Of a DNA stretch of 64,000 nt, positions 28,000 to 37,130 are shown piece by piece (position 1 is the first letter of the stretch; every line of letters starts with the position of its first letter). The stretch comes from Desulfobacterales bacterium (GTDB lineage Bacteria > Desulfobacterota > Desulfobacteria > Desulfobacterales > CAFBRK01), in NCBI GenBank assembly GCA_021737185.1, contig JAIPEL010000003.1, positions 31,763-95,762 of the forward strand. Reading direction: 5' to 3'. The notes under the pieces are model-generated. The model was given only the letters and a program-made list of their open reading frames with translations, ran no database searches and was not told the origin of the DNA. Both the position numbers and the translations under genes were made by a program.

Positions 28000-29201
28000 T
28001 TGGCGATCAGCCGGTATCCTTGGGCCCGCAGCTTCTTTTCGATCTGCGCCACATGCTCCGGACCCCGGGTCTCCATCTCCAGCTCCACCTCGGTGACGTA
28101 GATCGGGATGTCCCTCGTATGGCGGTCGTGGTAGATGTGAAGCACATTGGCCTTGAGGCGGGCGACGGCGGTGAGCAGGCAGGCCAGGGCGCCGGGAATG
28201 TCCTCGATCTGGACGCGGATTCGCATGATCCGTCCGTTTTTGATCATTCCCTTGGTCAAAATCCGCCCCAGAAGCGGGCTGTCGACATTGCCGCCGCTGA
28301 TGACCAGCGCCACCCGGCTTCCGGCCCGGATCTTCACGCCGCCGTCCAGAAGCGCCGCCAGAGGAACCGCCCCGGATCCCTCGGCGAGGATCTTCTTTCT
28401 CTCCAGCAACAGGAGCATGGCGGCGGCGATCGGTTCTTCGCCCACGGTGACGATGTCATCCACGGCCTCCTGCATGATCGCAAAGTTCAGTTCTCCGATC
28501 CGCTTGACGCTGATGCCGTCTGCAATGGAGCCTTCCGAGGGCACCTCCACCAACCTCGCCCTTCGGCGGGATTCGAAAGCCGATGGGCATGCCGCAGCCT
28601 CCACCCCGATGATTCTCACCTTCGGCCGGCACGCCTTGAGCGCCGATGCAATCCCGGCAATCAGTCCGCCTCCGCCCACCGGGACAAGAACGGTGTCGAC
28701 CTCGGGAAAATCCTCGACGATTTCAAGTCCGATGGTCCCCTGGCCGGCAATGATATCCAAATCGTCAAAGGGGTGGATGAATGTTTTCCCCTGCCGGGAA
28801 AGCGCCCGCGCCCGCTCCAGGCAATCGGCGATGCTGGTGCCGTAGATTTCCACCTCCCCACCGTATTGCCGCGTCGCTTCCTGCTTGCTGATTGAGACCC
28901 ACTCCGGCATCACGATCACTGCCGGAAGCCCTGCCTGCCGGGCGGCCAGGGCCACCCCCTGGGCATGGTTCCCGGCCGAGGCCGCTACCACCCCCGAGGG
29001 TCCGAACGACCCGCGCCTGACCGCCATTTTATAGGAGGCGCCGCGAATCTTGAACGAGCCGGTAACCTGAAGGTTTTCAAGCTTCAGCCGGATATCGGCG
29101 GAAAACCGCTCGCTCAAAGAAGAGGTCTCGACCAGCGGCGTGTGCAGAATCCGCCCGCGGATCGTCTCCGCTGCACGTTGAATGGTTTTAAGCGGAACCA
29201 T
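27996..29201 (-). CDS. ilvA: Threonine ammonia-lyase (threonine dehydratase) with C-terminal ACT-like domain
   Basis: 401 aa from ATG 29201 (MVPLKTIQRAAETIRGRILHTPL...). The PLP lysine context is VTGSFKIRGA. The tracked 537-aa extension is rejected. Confidence 0.9.
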   Translation of the reverse strand: MVPLKTIQRAAETIRGRILHTPLVETSSLSERFSADIRLKLENLQVTGSFKIRGASYKMAVRRGSFGPSGVVAASAGNHAQGVALAARQAGLPAVIVMPEWVSISKQEATRQYGGEVEIYGTSIADCLERARALSRQGKTFIHPFDDLDIIAGQGTIGLEIVEDFPEVDTVLVPVGGGGLIAGIASALKACRPKVRIIGVEAAACPSAFESRRRARLVEVPSEGSIADGISVKRIGELNFAIMQEAVDDIVTVGEEPIAAAMLLLLERKKILAEGSGAVPLAALLDGGVKIRAGSRVALVISGGNVDSPLLGRILTKGMIKNGRIMRIRVQIEDIPGALACLLTAVARLKANVLHIYHDRHTRDIPIYVTEVELEMETRGPEHVAQIEKKLRAQGYRLIAK

Positions 29202-29475
29202 TGTTGGTTTCTCCCGGGGCTTGCGCTTGCCGCTTAGGGCGCAATCTACGGCAGCGGAGGTTAAAATCGTTTGACACCGCCGAATGATCGGGAGCGGGGA
29301 AAGGTGTTGTCCGCCGCCTCGAAGCCCCATCGTGTCCGGTGAAATGCCGACGCTCTGCCTATAGTGTACCGAAAATTGCCGGTCTTTACAATCATAGGCA
29401 ACACTGGTATGGCCTGGGTCGAATCGATTGTCGGCCCGTACCGAAGTTCTGCCAGCCCCCACCGGACCGTCGTAG

Positions 29476-30282
29476 ATGCCTTCGACTGAAAAGAATAGAA
29501 TCCTTGAGACGATGTCCCGGGTGCCCGCCTGGGACCTGATCAAATTCGCGGCGCTGGTTTCTGCGGCCATCTGGCTGCTGGGCCGAGGAACAGAGGCGCT
29601 CGGATACAACTGGCAGTGGTACCGGGCCTGGCGCTACCTGGTCCAGGTCCGCGGGGGGGAGTGGACCGCCGGCCCGCTGATGGCCGGCCTTTGGGTCACG
29701 ATCAAAATCACCCTGGTCAGCTTGGTGCTGGCCTTTGCCTTCGGGCTGCTGACCGCGGCCTTCCGGCTTTCGCACTCGGCGGTCGCCCGGGCGCTGGCTC
29801 GAATCTACCTTGAGATCGTTCGCAACACCCCCCTTCTGGTGCAGCTGTTTTTCCTCTACTTCGTGCTTTCGCCGATTCTCGGCATTCACCGGTGGACTGC
29901 CGCCATTCTGGCGCTGAGTCTGTTCGAGGGCGCCTACGCCTCGGAGATCGTGCGGGCCGGCATCCTGTCCATCGGGCGAGGTCAATGGGAGGCCGCCGAC
30001 AGCCTCGGGTTCGGCAAAATGGCCGCCTACCGGTATGTCATTCTGCCCCAGGCGCTGAGGCGGATGCTCCCCCCGCTGACCAGCCAGGCCATTTCCCTGA
30101 TCAAAGACTCGGCCCTGGTGAGCACCATTGCGATCTACGACCTGACCATGCGCGGTCAGGCGGTCATCGCCGAGACCTACCTGACCTTTGAAATTTGGTT
30201 CATCGTGGCCGCATTGTATCTGCTCGTTACCGTCAGTCTTTCCATCGGCGTCAATTTCCTGGAAAACCGGCTCAGAATGTAA
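29476..30282 (+). CDS. Polar amino-acid ABC transporter permease
   Basis: 268 aa, HisM/GlnP-type, with an EAA-like loop (SIGRGQWEAADSLGF...YVILPQALRRMLPPL). Confidence 0.85.
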   Translation: MPSTEKNRILETMSRVPAWDLIKFAALVSAAIWLLGRGTEALGYNWQWYRAWRYLVQVRGGEWTAGPLMAGLWVTIKITLVSLVLAFAFGLLTAAFRLSHSAVARALARIYLEIVRNTPLLVQLFFLYFVLSPILGIHRWTAAILALSLFEGAYASEIVRAGILSIGRGQWEAADSLGFGKMAAYRYVILPQALRRMLPPLTSQAISLIKDSALVSTIAIYDLTMRGQAVIAETYLTFEIWFIVAALYLLVTVSLSIGVNFLENRLRM

Positions 30283-30301
30283 TCTGAAAAGGAGAAGAAA
30301 T

Positions 30302-31135
30302 ATGAAGAATCAACGTTGGATAAAGGTTGTGGTCGTCGTCTTGCTGGCGACGGCGCTCTTGGTGGCAACGGCCTTCGGCAGCAATCTTCAGCGTCAGTTG
30401 GCCCGGGAAAGCATGCTGGAGCAGGTTCTTCAGCGGGGGGCGCTGCGGGTCGGGATGTCCACTTTCGTTCCCTGGGCCATGAAAGACAAAAAAGGCGAGC
30501 TCGTCGGTTTTGAAATCGACGTAGCCACCCGCCTCGCCAAGGACATGGGGGTCGCCGTCGAGTTTGTCCCGATCAAATGGGCGGGGATCATTCCCGCACT
30601 GCTGACCGGCAAGTTCGACATCATCATCGGCGGCATGGGGATCCTGCCCCAGCGCAATCTGAAAGTCAACTTCAGCATCCCCTACGACACCACCGGCATG
30701 TCCATCGTGGCCCACAACGACCTGGCCTCCGGATTCGACAGCCTGGACGATTTCAACCAAAAAAATGTGGTCGTCGCCGTCAGGCTGGGCGCAACGCCGG
30801 CCATGGCCGCCAAAAAATACCTGCCCGAGGCCGAGCTGCGGCAGTTCGACGACGAGTCCCAAGCGTATCAGGAATTGCTCAACGGAAAGGCGCACGCGGT
30901 GGTAGCCAGCGCCCCCACGCCGGCATTTTATGCGCTGCGGTATCCGGACCGGCTTTTTCTTCCCCTGAAGGATACCTTCACCCGGGAGCCGATCGGGTTC
31001 GCCGTCCGGAAAGGCGACGTAGACAGCCTCAATTTTCTCAACAACTGGATCCGAGTGGTGCAGGCCGAGGGCTGGCTCAAGGAGCGCAAGCACTACTGGT
31101 TCGAAACCCGGGACTGGGCGTCTCGAATCCAGTAA
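30302..31135 (+). CDS. Polar amino-acid ABC transporter substrate-binding protein
   Basis: 277 aa from ATG 30302 with a signal peptide (MKNQRWIKVVVVVLLATALLVATAFG). It has the family-3 SBP pattern (GFEIDVA, IIGGM). Confidence 0.85.
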   Translation: MKNQRWIKVVVVVLLATALLVATAFGSNLQRQLARESMLEQVLQRGALRVGMSTFVPWAMKDKKGELVGFEIDVATRLAKDMGVAVEFVPIKWAGIIPALLTGKFDIIIGGMGILPQRNLKVNFSIPYDTTGMSIVAHNDLASGFDSLDDFNQKNVVVAVRLGATPAMAAKKYLPEAELRQFDDESQAYQELLNGKAHAVVASAPTPAFYALRYPDRLFLPLKDTFTREPIGFAVRKGDVDSLNFLNNWIRVVQAEGWLKERKHYWFETRDWASRIQ

Positions 31136-31159
31136 GGGGCGCCGCCTGCCGCGGCGGGA

Positions 31160-31322
31160 GTAAAGATCCGGGCCCGGAGGACCCGGCTTTGAGCTAAGCC
31201 CGGAGGGCAGGAATCACTGTGGTTGTCTTAAATCCGAAATTCGAATTTTTTCGCTTCGGGCTGAAAGGCAGAGCCAATTGCCTCTGACCTGGTCCTGAGG
31301 ATCAGGATTGCGAAACTGCATT
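31160..31322. repeat. Dispersed ~165-195 nt intergenic element, copy 1 (inside the ABC operon)
   Basis: It is about 90% identical to 43637-43831, apart from a ~37-nt AAATCCGAAAT-type module present only in copy 2. It contains hairpins CCGGG..CCCGG and CCTGGTCC-tga-GGATCAGG. Confidence 0.85.
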
Positions 31323-31368
31323 CGAGGTTCAAGATTCTCCGGCGGGAAATTGATAAGATACAGGGCAT

Positions 31369-32268
31369 ATGTACGGAGACAGATTGAAGACAAGCCGTTA
31401 CCGGCCGACCCTGCTGGATGTCGTCCTGCTGCTGATGCTTGCGGCCGCCGGCGGATACCTGGTTTACCGAATTCGTATCGGCCTCAACTACTCCTGGAAC
31501 TGGGGGGCGATTCCACAGTTTCTGGTCCGCTTCGATGCCGAATCGGCAAGATGGGTCCCGAATGTGCTTCTCCAGGGACTGCTGACCACGATCCGCCTCA
31601 GCCTCTGGGCCACGGTGCTGGCGACGATCATCGGCGTCGTCATGGGGATGTTTCGGGTCAGTCCCGTCATTTTTCGCCGGATGGTGGCCCGAAGCTACGT
31701 GGAGCTGACCCGAAACATGCCGCCCCTGGTGCTGGTGTTTATTTTTTATTATTTCATCAGCGCCCAGATGCTGCCGTCCCTGGGAATCGAAGGCTTTGTG
31801 CGCAGCGCATCAGAAGAAACGCGCTCGTTGATCGCCGCTTTGTTTGCCCCTGCCCGGCTGCTGTCTCCATTTCTGGCCGGGTTGGCCGCCCTGGCCATAT
31901 TCGAGGGGGCCTACATCACGGAGATCGTTCGCGCCGGCATTCAGTCCATCGGCAGAGGGCAGTGGGAGGCGGCTTCCGCCCTGGGCTTTACCCGGGGCCA
32001 GTCACTGCGCCACATCATTCTGCCCCGAGCGATCCGCCGGATACTGCCTCCGCTGGCAGGCCAGTTCATCTCCACCATCAAGGATTCGGCCATCGTCTCG
32101 GTCATTTCGATCCAGGAATTGACTTTTCAGGGGTTGGAGTTGATGGCGTCCACGCATCTGACCTTCGAAATTTGGATCACCATCACCGGGCTTTACCTGC
32201 TGCTGACCCTGAGCTGCGCAGCGGCTGTCGGAAGAATCGAGGTCTGGATGGGAAGCGCCGGCCGATAG
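31369..32268 (+). CDS. Polar amino-acid ABC transporter permease (second)
   Basis: 299 aa, with the same EAA-type loop (SIGRGQWEAASALGF...HIILPRAIRRILPPL). Confidence 0.85.
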   Translation: MYGDRLKTSRYRPTLLDVVLLLMLAAAGGYLVYRIRIGLNYSWNWGAIPQFLVRFDAESARWVPNVLLQGLLTTIRLSLWATVLATIIGVVMGMFRVSPVIFRRMVARSYVELTRNMPPLVLVFIFYYFISAQMLPSLGIEGFVRSASEETRSLIAALFAPARLLSPFLAGLAALAIFEGAYITEIVRAGIQSIGRGQWEAASALGFTRGQSLRHIILPRAIRRILPPLAGQFISTIKDSAIVSVISIQELTFQGLELMASTHLTFEIWITITGLYLLLTLSCAAAVGRIEVWMGSAGR

Positions 32269-32453
32269 CAAAGACCTGAAACAGCTCCCCGTCCGGGATG
32301 CCGCACCCCGCCGGTATTTCCGAAACCATCTGCCTCGCATCAGCCTTACTTGGCGGCAGCGCAGGAGGACCTCTATAAATTTTTCTTGATTTTTCGACGG
32401 TTTCAACGTATCAAAAACATCAAGTGCCAAGAGTATCCGAAAGGAGGGTCGGC

Positions 32454-33122
32454 ATGAACGGCGCTGAGCAGGCAGAAAAAACCCGTCTCCTCAATGGGCT
32501 AAAAGAGCAGGAAACCCGGCTTTTTCTGCAGCATTTCAAGGCGGAAACCTACGCACCCCGGCAGTACATCTTCCAAGAGGGGGGGCACGGCGAGACGATT
32601 TACATCGTCAAGCGGGGGCTGGTCACCCTTTCCAAACACATCACCCCGGAGGTCGACAAAAAGCTTTTTTCTGCCCGGCCCGGCAGCATCTTCGGTGAAT
32701 TCAGTTTCATGGATAAAGGAGAGCGCTCGGCTTCGGCCACGGCCGAAGAGGAAACCGACGTCCTCAGCCTGAAGCGGGCCGATTTTGACGCCTTTATCCG
32801 GAATAATCCCGATACCGGTGCAAAACTGTTTCAAAACCTTCTGGGCATCGTGGTCGAGCGCCTCCGGAGAACCAACGAGGCATACCGGGATGCGGTCCGC
32901 TGGGGCCTGGAAATCACCGGGACCCAGAAGATCAACTTTCACTATCTGATCACCGAAGACGTCGACATCCGCATCGAGCTTCTCAACGGCAAAACCTTCG
33001 AAGGAAAGGTCATGCAGCTGGAAAAAAGCGACGCCGGCTACGAAGTCATCATCGTCAACAAGCTCGGCAAGCTTGCCATCATCCCCTACCACGCGATTCT
33101 CTCAGTGACCCTGGCCCAATAA
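32454..33122 (+). CDS. Cyclic-nucleotide-binding domain protein with Sm/Hfq-like C-terminal domain
   Basis: AAGGAGGG lies 5 nt upstream of ATG 32454. The cNMP-binding pattern is FQEGGHGETIYIVKRGLV...IFGEFSF...ERSASATA. The C-terminal ~60 aa (IRIELLNGKTFEGKVMQL...LAIIPYHAILSVTL) resembles Sm1/Sm2 motifs. Confidence 0.7.
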   Translation: MNGAEQAEKTRLLNGLKEQETRLFLQHFKAETYAPRQYIFQEGGHGETIYIVKRGLVTLSKHITPEVDKKLFSARPGSIFGEFSFMDKGERSASATAEEETDVLSLKRADFDAFIRNNPDTGAKLFQNLLGIVVERLRRTNEAYRDAVRWGLEITGTQKINFHYLITEDVDIRIELLNGKTFEGKVMQLEKSDAGYEVIIVNKLGKLAIIPYHAILSVTLAQ

Positions 33123-33404
33123 ATGTCGACCCCGAAACGCACGACAGAACCTGCGGCCCACGCTCACCGTTTTGTGGAGCAGTACGACGGATTGGTCGGC
33201 TTCGGCCTCGATCGGAAGACCGACGAACACACCCTGATCTACTACCTCCAGAAGGTTTCAGACGATGCCCTGGCGAAAACCCTGGTCGAACGAATGAGCG
33301 ACGAAGAGCTGGAGCAACTCTTTTCTTTGCTCAACAGGTTGATGAAAAGACACCTGAAAGACGGGGAATATCACCGGCTGTTTCTCAAAGAGGACCATCC
33401 GTGA
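33123..33404 (+). CDS. Hypothetical 93-aa cytoplasmic protein
   Basis: Its ATG abuts the upstream TAA (TAAATG). The protein is acidic and helical. I recognise no family. Confidence 0.5.
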   Translation: MSTPKRTTEPAAHAHRFVEQYDGLVGFGLDRKTDEHTLIYYLQKVSDDALAKTLVERMSDEELEQLFSLLNRLMKRHLKDGEYHRLFLKEDHP

Positions 33405-33431
33405 CCACGATTTCAGTGCGGGTTGGATTCC

Positions 33432-34631
33432 ATGTTCAGTGAGCTGCAGCTTACGCGCTACGCAGAAGTGCTCCTGTGGGGTCTCGGCGTCGCTCGACGG
33501 CAGCGGTTTCGCCCCAGGGACGTGATTCTGCTCCGGTTCGACCCTCCTGCCGTCAGACTCGCAGAGATCCTCTATCGCTGCATCCTGGAAAAGGGGATGC
33601 ATCCGGTCATCCGAATGAACCCGACAGCCGCTATGGAGCAGTCGTTTTTCCAATGCGCAACCGACCCCCAGCTCCTTTTTACCTCCCCCGGCGAAGAGCC
33701 GCTGTATCGGCAGCTAAACGGCAGCATTTTTCTTCACGCCCCCGAGTCCCTGACCCACTTGAGCGGCGTTGATCCGAAAAAAATCGGCAGGGCTGCCGCC
33801 GGAAAAAAATTCTTGAGGGACATCATGACCGAGCGGGAGTCGTCCGGCCGTTTGAGCTGGACGCTCTGCCTGTTTCCCACAGAGGAGCTCGCGCGGCAAG
33901 CCGGCCTGTCCCTTCAGGAGTACACCCGCCAGGTGGTCCGGGCCTGTTTTCTGAATCGGGTCGATCCGGTCGAGCACTGGCAGCAGCTGTATCTCCGGGC
34001 CCGATCGATGAAACAGCGGCTGAACCGGATGAAAACGACAGGCTACCGGGTGGAGTCTGAAAACATCGATCTTTATATTTCGGCAGGAGAAAAACGCAAA
34101 TGGGTCGGGATTTCGGGCAGGAACATTCCGAGCTTCGAGCTGTTCACCTCGCCGGATTGGCGGCAGACCCGAGGCGTTTTTTATGCAGACCAGCCGTCAT
34201 TTCGAAGCGGCAACTTCGTCAAGGGAATCCGCCTGGAGTTTTCCCGGGGGCGGGTCGTCAAGGCATCTGCGGATCGGGGGGAGGAGTTCGTCCGCTCCCA
34301 GATCCGGCTCGACAACGGCGCAGACAAGATCGGAGAGTTTTCCCTTACCGACCGCCGGTTTTCCAGAATCGGCCGGTTCATGGCCAACACGCTGTATGAT
34401 GAAAACTTCGGGGGCCGGTACGGCAACTGCCACGTGGCGCTGGGCTCGTCCTATGAGAATACCTACCGCGGCCGGCAGGCCGACCTGACGCCGCAACGAA
34501 AGCGGGAGCTGGGGTTCAACGACTCTGCGCTTCACTGGGACTTGGTCAACACGGAAAAAAAGCGGGTCCAGGCGATCGGACCCGGCGGCCGGGCAAGAAC
34601 GATCTACGAAAACGGGGAATTTCTTTTCTAA
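33432..34631 (+). CDS. Aminopeptidase, M29 (AmpS/PepS) family
   Basis: About 400 aa, with the C-terminal motifs GNCHVALGSSY and ALHWDLV typical of M29. The start is either ATG 33432 or TTG 33423. Confidence 0.8.
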   Translation: MFSELQLTRYAEVLLWGLGVARRQRFRPRDVILLRFDPPAVRLAEILYRCILEKGMHPVIRMNPTAAMEQSFFQCATDPQLLFTSPGEEPLYRQLNGSIFLHAPESLTHLSGVDPKKIGRAAAGKKFLRDIMTERESSGRLSWTLCLFPTEELARQAGLSLQEYTRQVVRACFLNRVDPVEHWQQLYLRARSMKQRLNRMKTTGYRVESENIDLYISAGEKRKWVGISGRNIPSFELFTSPDWRQTRGVFYADQPSFRSGNFVKGIRLEFSRGRVVKASADRGEEFVRSQIRLDNGADKIGEFSLTDRRFSRIGRFMANTLYDENFGGRYGNCHVALGSSYENTYRGRQADLTPQRKRELGFNDSALHWDLVNTEKKRVQAIGPGGRARTIYENGEFLF

Positions 34632-34639
34632 GGATTTTT

Positions 34640-34889
34640 ACTCAACTTTCGAGATTCATGACTCCGCGAAATGAATAATTTGATGCCGGTATACGAACTC
34701 GCCCCAAAGTATACCTAACATCAGCGCAGGCCAAAATATCTTCAAAATCAATGAGGTGCTTGAATGGCATCGGCAATATAAGATCGCACAGTGGGCGCTG
34801 ATGTAAGGTATCCTAAGGCGCTCAGACAGCGTATACCGCCATCAAATCACCCATTTCGCTCCACTGGAGACGAAACCCGAAAGTTGAGT
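34640..34889. mobile_element. MITE-like element, long copy with nested foldback
   Basis: It has the same 14-bp TIRs as 21620-21693 (ACTCAACTTTCGAG...CCCGAAAGTTGAGT). It also carries a ~175-nt internal insert flanked by CATCAAAT/ATTTGATG that contains a ~40-bp imperfect inverted repeat (..GTATACCTAACATCAGCGC / GCGCTGATGTAAGGTATCC..). Confidence 0.65.
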
Positions 34890-34960
34890 TTCTATCCGGC
34901 TGCCGTCTGAATCCGGCCGAATCGCTCTTTTTTTTACGTTTCGCGCTAAGCGAAACTTTT

Positions 34961-34984
34961 ATAAAAGCGCGACAGCGCTTTTAT
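34961..34984. repeat. 10-bp palindrome containing the stop codon of the bifunctional nuclease gene
   Basis: ATAAAAGCGC-gaca-GCGCTTTTAT. The TAA of the minus-strand gene (34981-34983) lies in the right arm. The stem differs from ATAAAATCGC..GCGATTTTAT by a compensated T:A to G:C change. Confidence 0.8.
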
Positions 34985-35478
34985 ACTTTGTATTTGCCGA
35001 AATCCTCCGGAGACAGGTTCTCCAAATAATCGGTCCACTTTTTTCCTTCTTTGCTCTGGTCGACCGGTTCGCCTTTGTCGTCTGTCGGCTTGGACTTTTC
35101 GATCACTTTTTCGTCGACGTAGATCGGAGCCTTGAATCTGAGCGCGATCGCGATCGCATCGCTGGGTCGGGCGTCCATGTCAAAGGCGCCGCTTTCAGAG
35201 GAAAAATGGATTCGGGCAAAAAAGGTGTTTTCCCGCAAATCGCAGACTTCGATCTTGGAAACCGAAATCTGAAGCGTCTCCAAAAAATTTTTGAACAGAT
35301 CGTGGGTCATCGGCCGATCGAACTTGATTTCCTGAAGCGCCGATGCAATGGACGTCGCCTCCAGCAGCCCGATCCAGATCGGGACGGTTTTTTCCTGCTC
35401 CTCGATCTTCAATATGATAATCGGCGTATTTGAGGCCGGGTCCATGGTCATCCCCGCAATGCTTGCTTTATGCAGCAT
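34981..35478 (-). CDS. Bifunctional nuclease family protein (DUF151/BFN)
   Basis: 165 aa from ATG 35478 (MLHKASIAGMTMDPASNTPIIILK...PIWIG..EA..IA...RPMTHDL). It overlaps the miaB stop by 11 nt. Confidence 0.85.
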   Translation of the reverse strand: MLHKASIAGMTMDPASNTPIIILKIEEQEKTVPIWIGLLEATSIASALQEIKFDRPMTHDLFKNFLETLQISVSKIEVCDLRENTFFARIHFSSESGAFDMDARPSDAIAIALRFKAPIYVDEKVIEKSKPTDDKGEPVDQSKEGKKWTDYLENLSPEDFGKYKV

Positions 35479-36892
35479 GGGAATCGACTCCTTTCCGTCC
35501 ATGTTGATTCGGACGTTCAAGTTCCGGTATTCCGCGGAGGCTGTGGGAAAAGGCCTCCTCGATCCGAACATTTAAAATCGTTCCGGGCGCCATCATCCCC
35601 TCGCCAGGGGTCGGTGTGTCGAGGGCAAAATGGACGATGCGGTTCTGGGGCGTTCTCCCGGTCCATAGCGCCGTCCGATTCGTCTCCTGGAAATAGTTTT
35701 TCTTGCTGGGGCCTTCGGCCATCACCTGCTGGACGCTGCCGACCAGCGCCCGGTTTTTGCAAAGCGTGATCGTTTCCTGCAGGTCCAGCAGCTCGGCAAG
35801 CCGTCGTTTTTTCACCGTTTCGTCGATTTTGCCGGCAAAACCGGAGGCCGGCGCGCTGGGACGATCCGAGTACTGGAAGGCGAACACGCCGTCAAATTGG
35901 ACGGACCGCATCAGGTCGATGGTGTCGGCGAAATCCTCATCGGATTCACCTGGAAACCCGACAATAAAATCGGAGGTAATGCCGATATCCGGGCACACCG
36001 ATCGCAGCCGGCCGACCTTGTCCAGATAGTCGGCCCGGCGGTAGCGGCGGTTCATCCGCTTCAGGACCCGGTCGGATCCGGACTGGACCGGCAAGTGGAT
36101 ATGCCGGCAAAGTCTGTCCAGCGCGGCAAAGCAGTCGATCAGTTCATCGGAAAGGTCCTTGGGATGAGACGTGGTGAACCGGATTCGAGCCAGCCCGTCG
36201 ATGCCGCTGACCTTTTTCAGCAAGTCGGCAAAACTGCCATAGCCTTCTTTGGCGCCATAGCTGTTTACATTCTGGCCCAGGAGAGTCACCTCCCGGACGC
36301 CGCTTCCAACCAGGACCCGGATTTCGGAAAGAATCTGCGACGGCGGCCGGCTGACCTCTCGGCCGCGGACGTAAGGCACCACGCAGTAGGTGCAGAAATT
36401 GTCGCACCCCTGCATGATCGTAACAAAGCGGGACGGGCCCGCCGGCGCCTCAAGCGGCTCAAGACCATCGAAGATCGCCCTGCCGCCGTCCATATCCACA
36501 TCGACGATGCGCCCCCCGTTTTTTCGTATGCGTTCGACATGCCCGGCCAATCGACCCACCGCGTGGGTGCCGAAGACCAGATCCAGGTGAGGGATCCGCT
36601 CCAGAAGCCGCCCTCCCTCCTGCTGGGCCACACAGCCTCCGACGGCCACCAGCAGCTCCGGCCGGTGCTGTTTGCGCTTGGCCTGGCGCCCGAGGAAACT
36701 GTAGACCTTCTGCTCTGCCTTTTCCCGGATGGCACAGGTATTGAGCACGATCAGATCGGCCTTGTCCGGAGAATCACATTGGCGGTATCCGATCGTCTGG
36801 AGCCGCTGCAGGATTTGCTCGGAGTCGTAAACATTCATCTGGCATCCGAGGGTATGAATGTAGCACTGTCGTTCAGCCATGATTCGGTTCAA
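35468..36892 (-). CDS. miaB: tRNA-i6A37 methylthiotransferase
   Basis: 474 aa with an N-terminal UPF0004 Cys triad (TLGCQMNVYDSE), the radical-SAM CDNFCTYC motif and a TRAM C-terminus. Confidence 0.95.
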   Translation of the reverse strand: MNRIMAERQCYIHTLGCQMNVYDSEQILQRLQTIGYRQCDSPDKADLIVLNTCAIREKAEQKVYSFLGRQAKRKQHRPELLVAVGGCVAQQEGGRLLERIPHLDLVFGTHAVGRLAGHVERIRKNGGRIVDVDMDGGRAIFDGLEPLEAPAGPSRFVTIMQGCDNFCTYCVVPYVRGREVSRPPSQILSEIRVLVGSGVREVTLLGQNVNSYGAKEGYGSFADLLKKVSGIDGLARIRFTTSHPKDLSDELIDCFAALDRLCRHIHLPVQSGSDRVLKRMNRRYRRADYLDKVGRLRSVCPDIGITSDFIVGFPGESDEDFADTIDLMRSVQFDGVFAFQYSDRPSAPASGFAGKIDETVKKRRLAELLDLQETITLCKNRALVGSVQQVMAEGPSKKNYFQETNRTALWTGRTPQNRIVHFALDTPTPGEGMMAPGTILNVRIEEAFSHSLRGIPELERPNQHGRKGVDSHAA

Positions 36893-37130
36893 AGGAATCG
36901 GCGCTTTGTCCGCCGGGGACAGGCGCCGCCTCCAGTCTGAGTTGGTCTGAAATCCCTTCCAGCAGTTCGTCGAGTTCCGGTTCGCATGACGAGCTCAGGT
37001 ACAGAACCACACGGCCCTGCGCCGGATCCACCGTGCGAAGAACCGCAAGCCCGTCATAGCCTTCCAGAATGAATCGAAAATAGGCGATCTGTCGGCGATC
37101 CATTCGATAGTGGCGCTTGATCTCTTGCAT
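36873..37130 (-). CDS. DUF4911-like small protein
   Basis: 85 aa from ATG 37130 (MQEIKRHYRMDRRQIAYFRFILEGYDGLAVLRTVD). Its position just upstream of miaB matches what I recall for this family. Confidence 0.6.
   Translation of the reverse strand: MQEIKRHYRMDRRQIAYFRFILEGYDGLAVLRTVDPAQGRVVLYLSSSCEPELDELLEGISDQLRLEAAPVPGGQSADSFEPNHG

Noticed and set aside
29202-29609. 136-aa N-terminal extension of the threonine dehydratase ORF
   Set aside because: The conserved N-terminus (MVPLKTIQRAAETIRGRILHTPL) starts at ATG 29201, and the extension overlaps the divergent permease gene.
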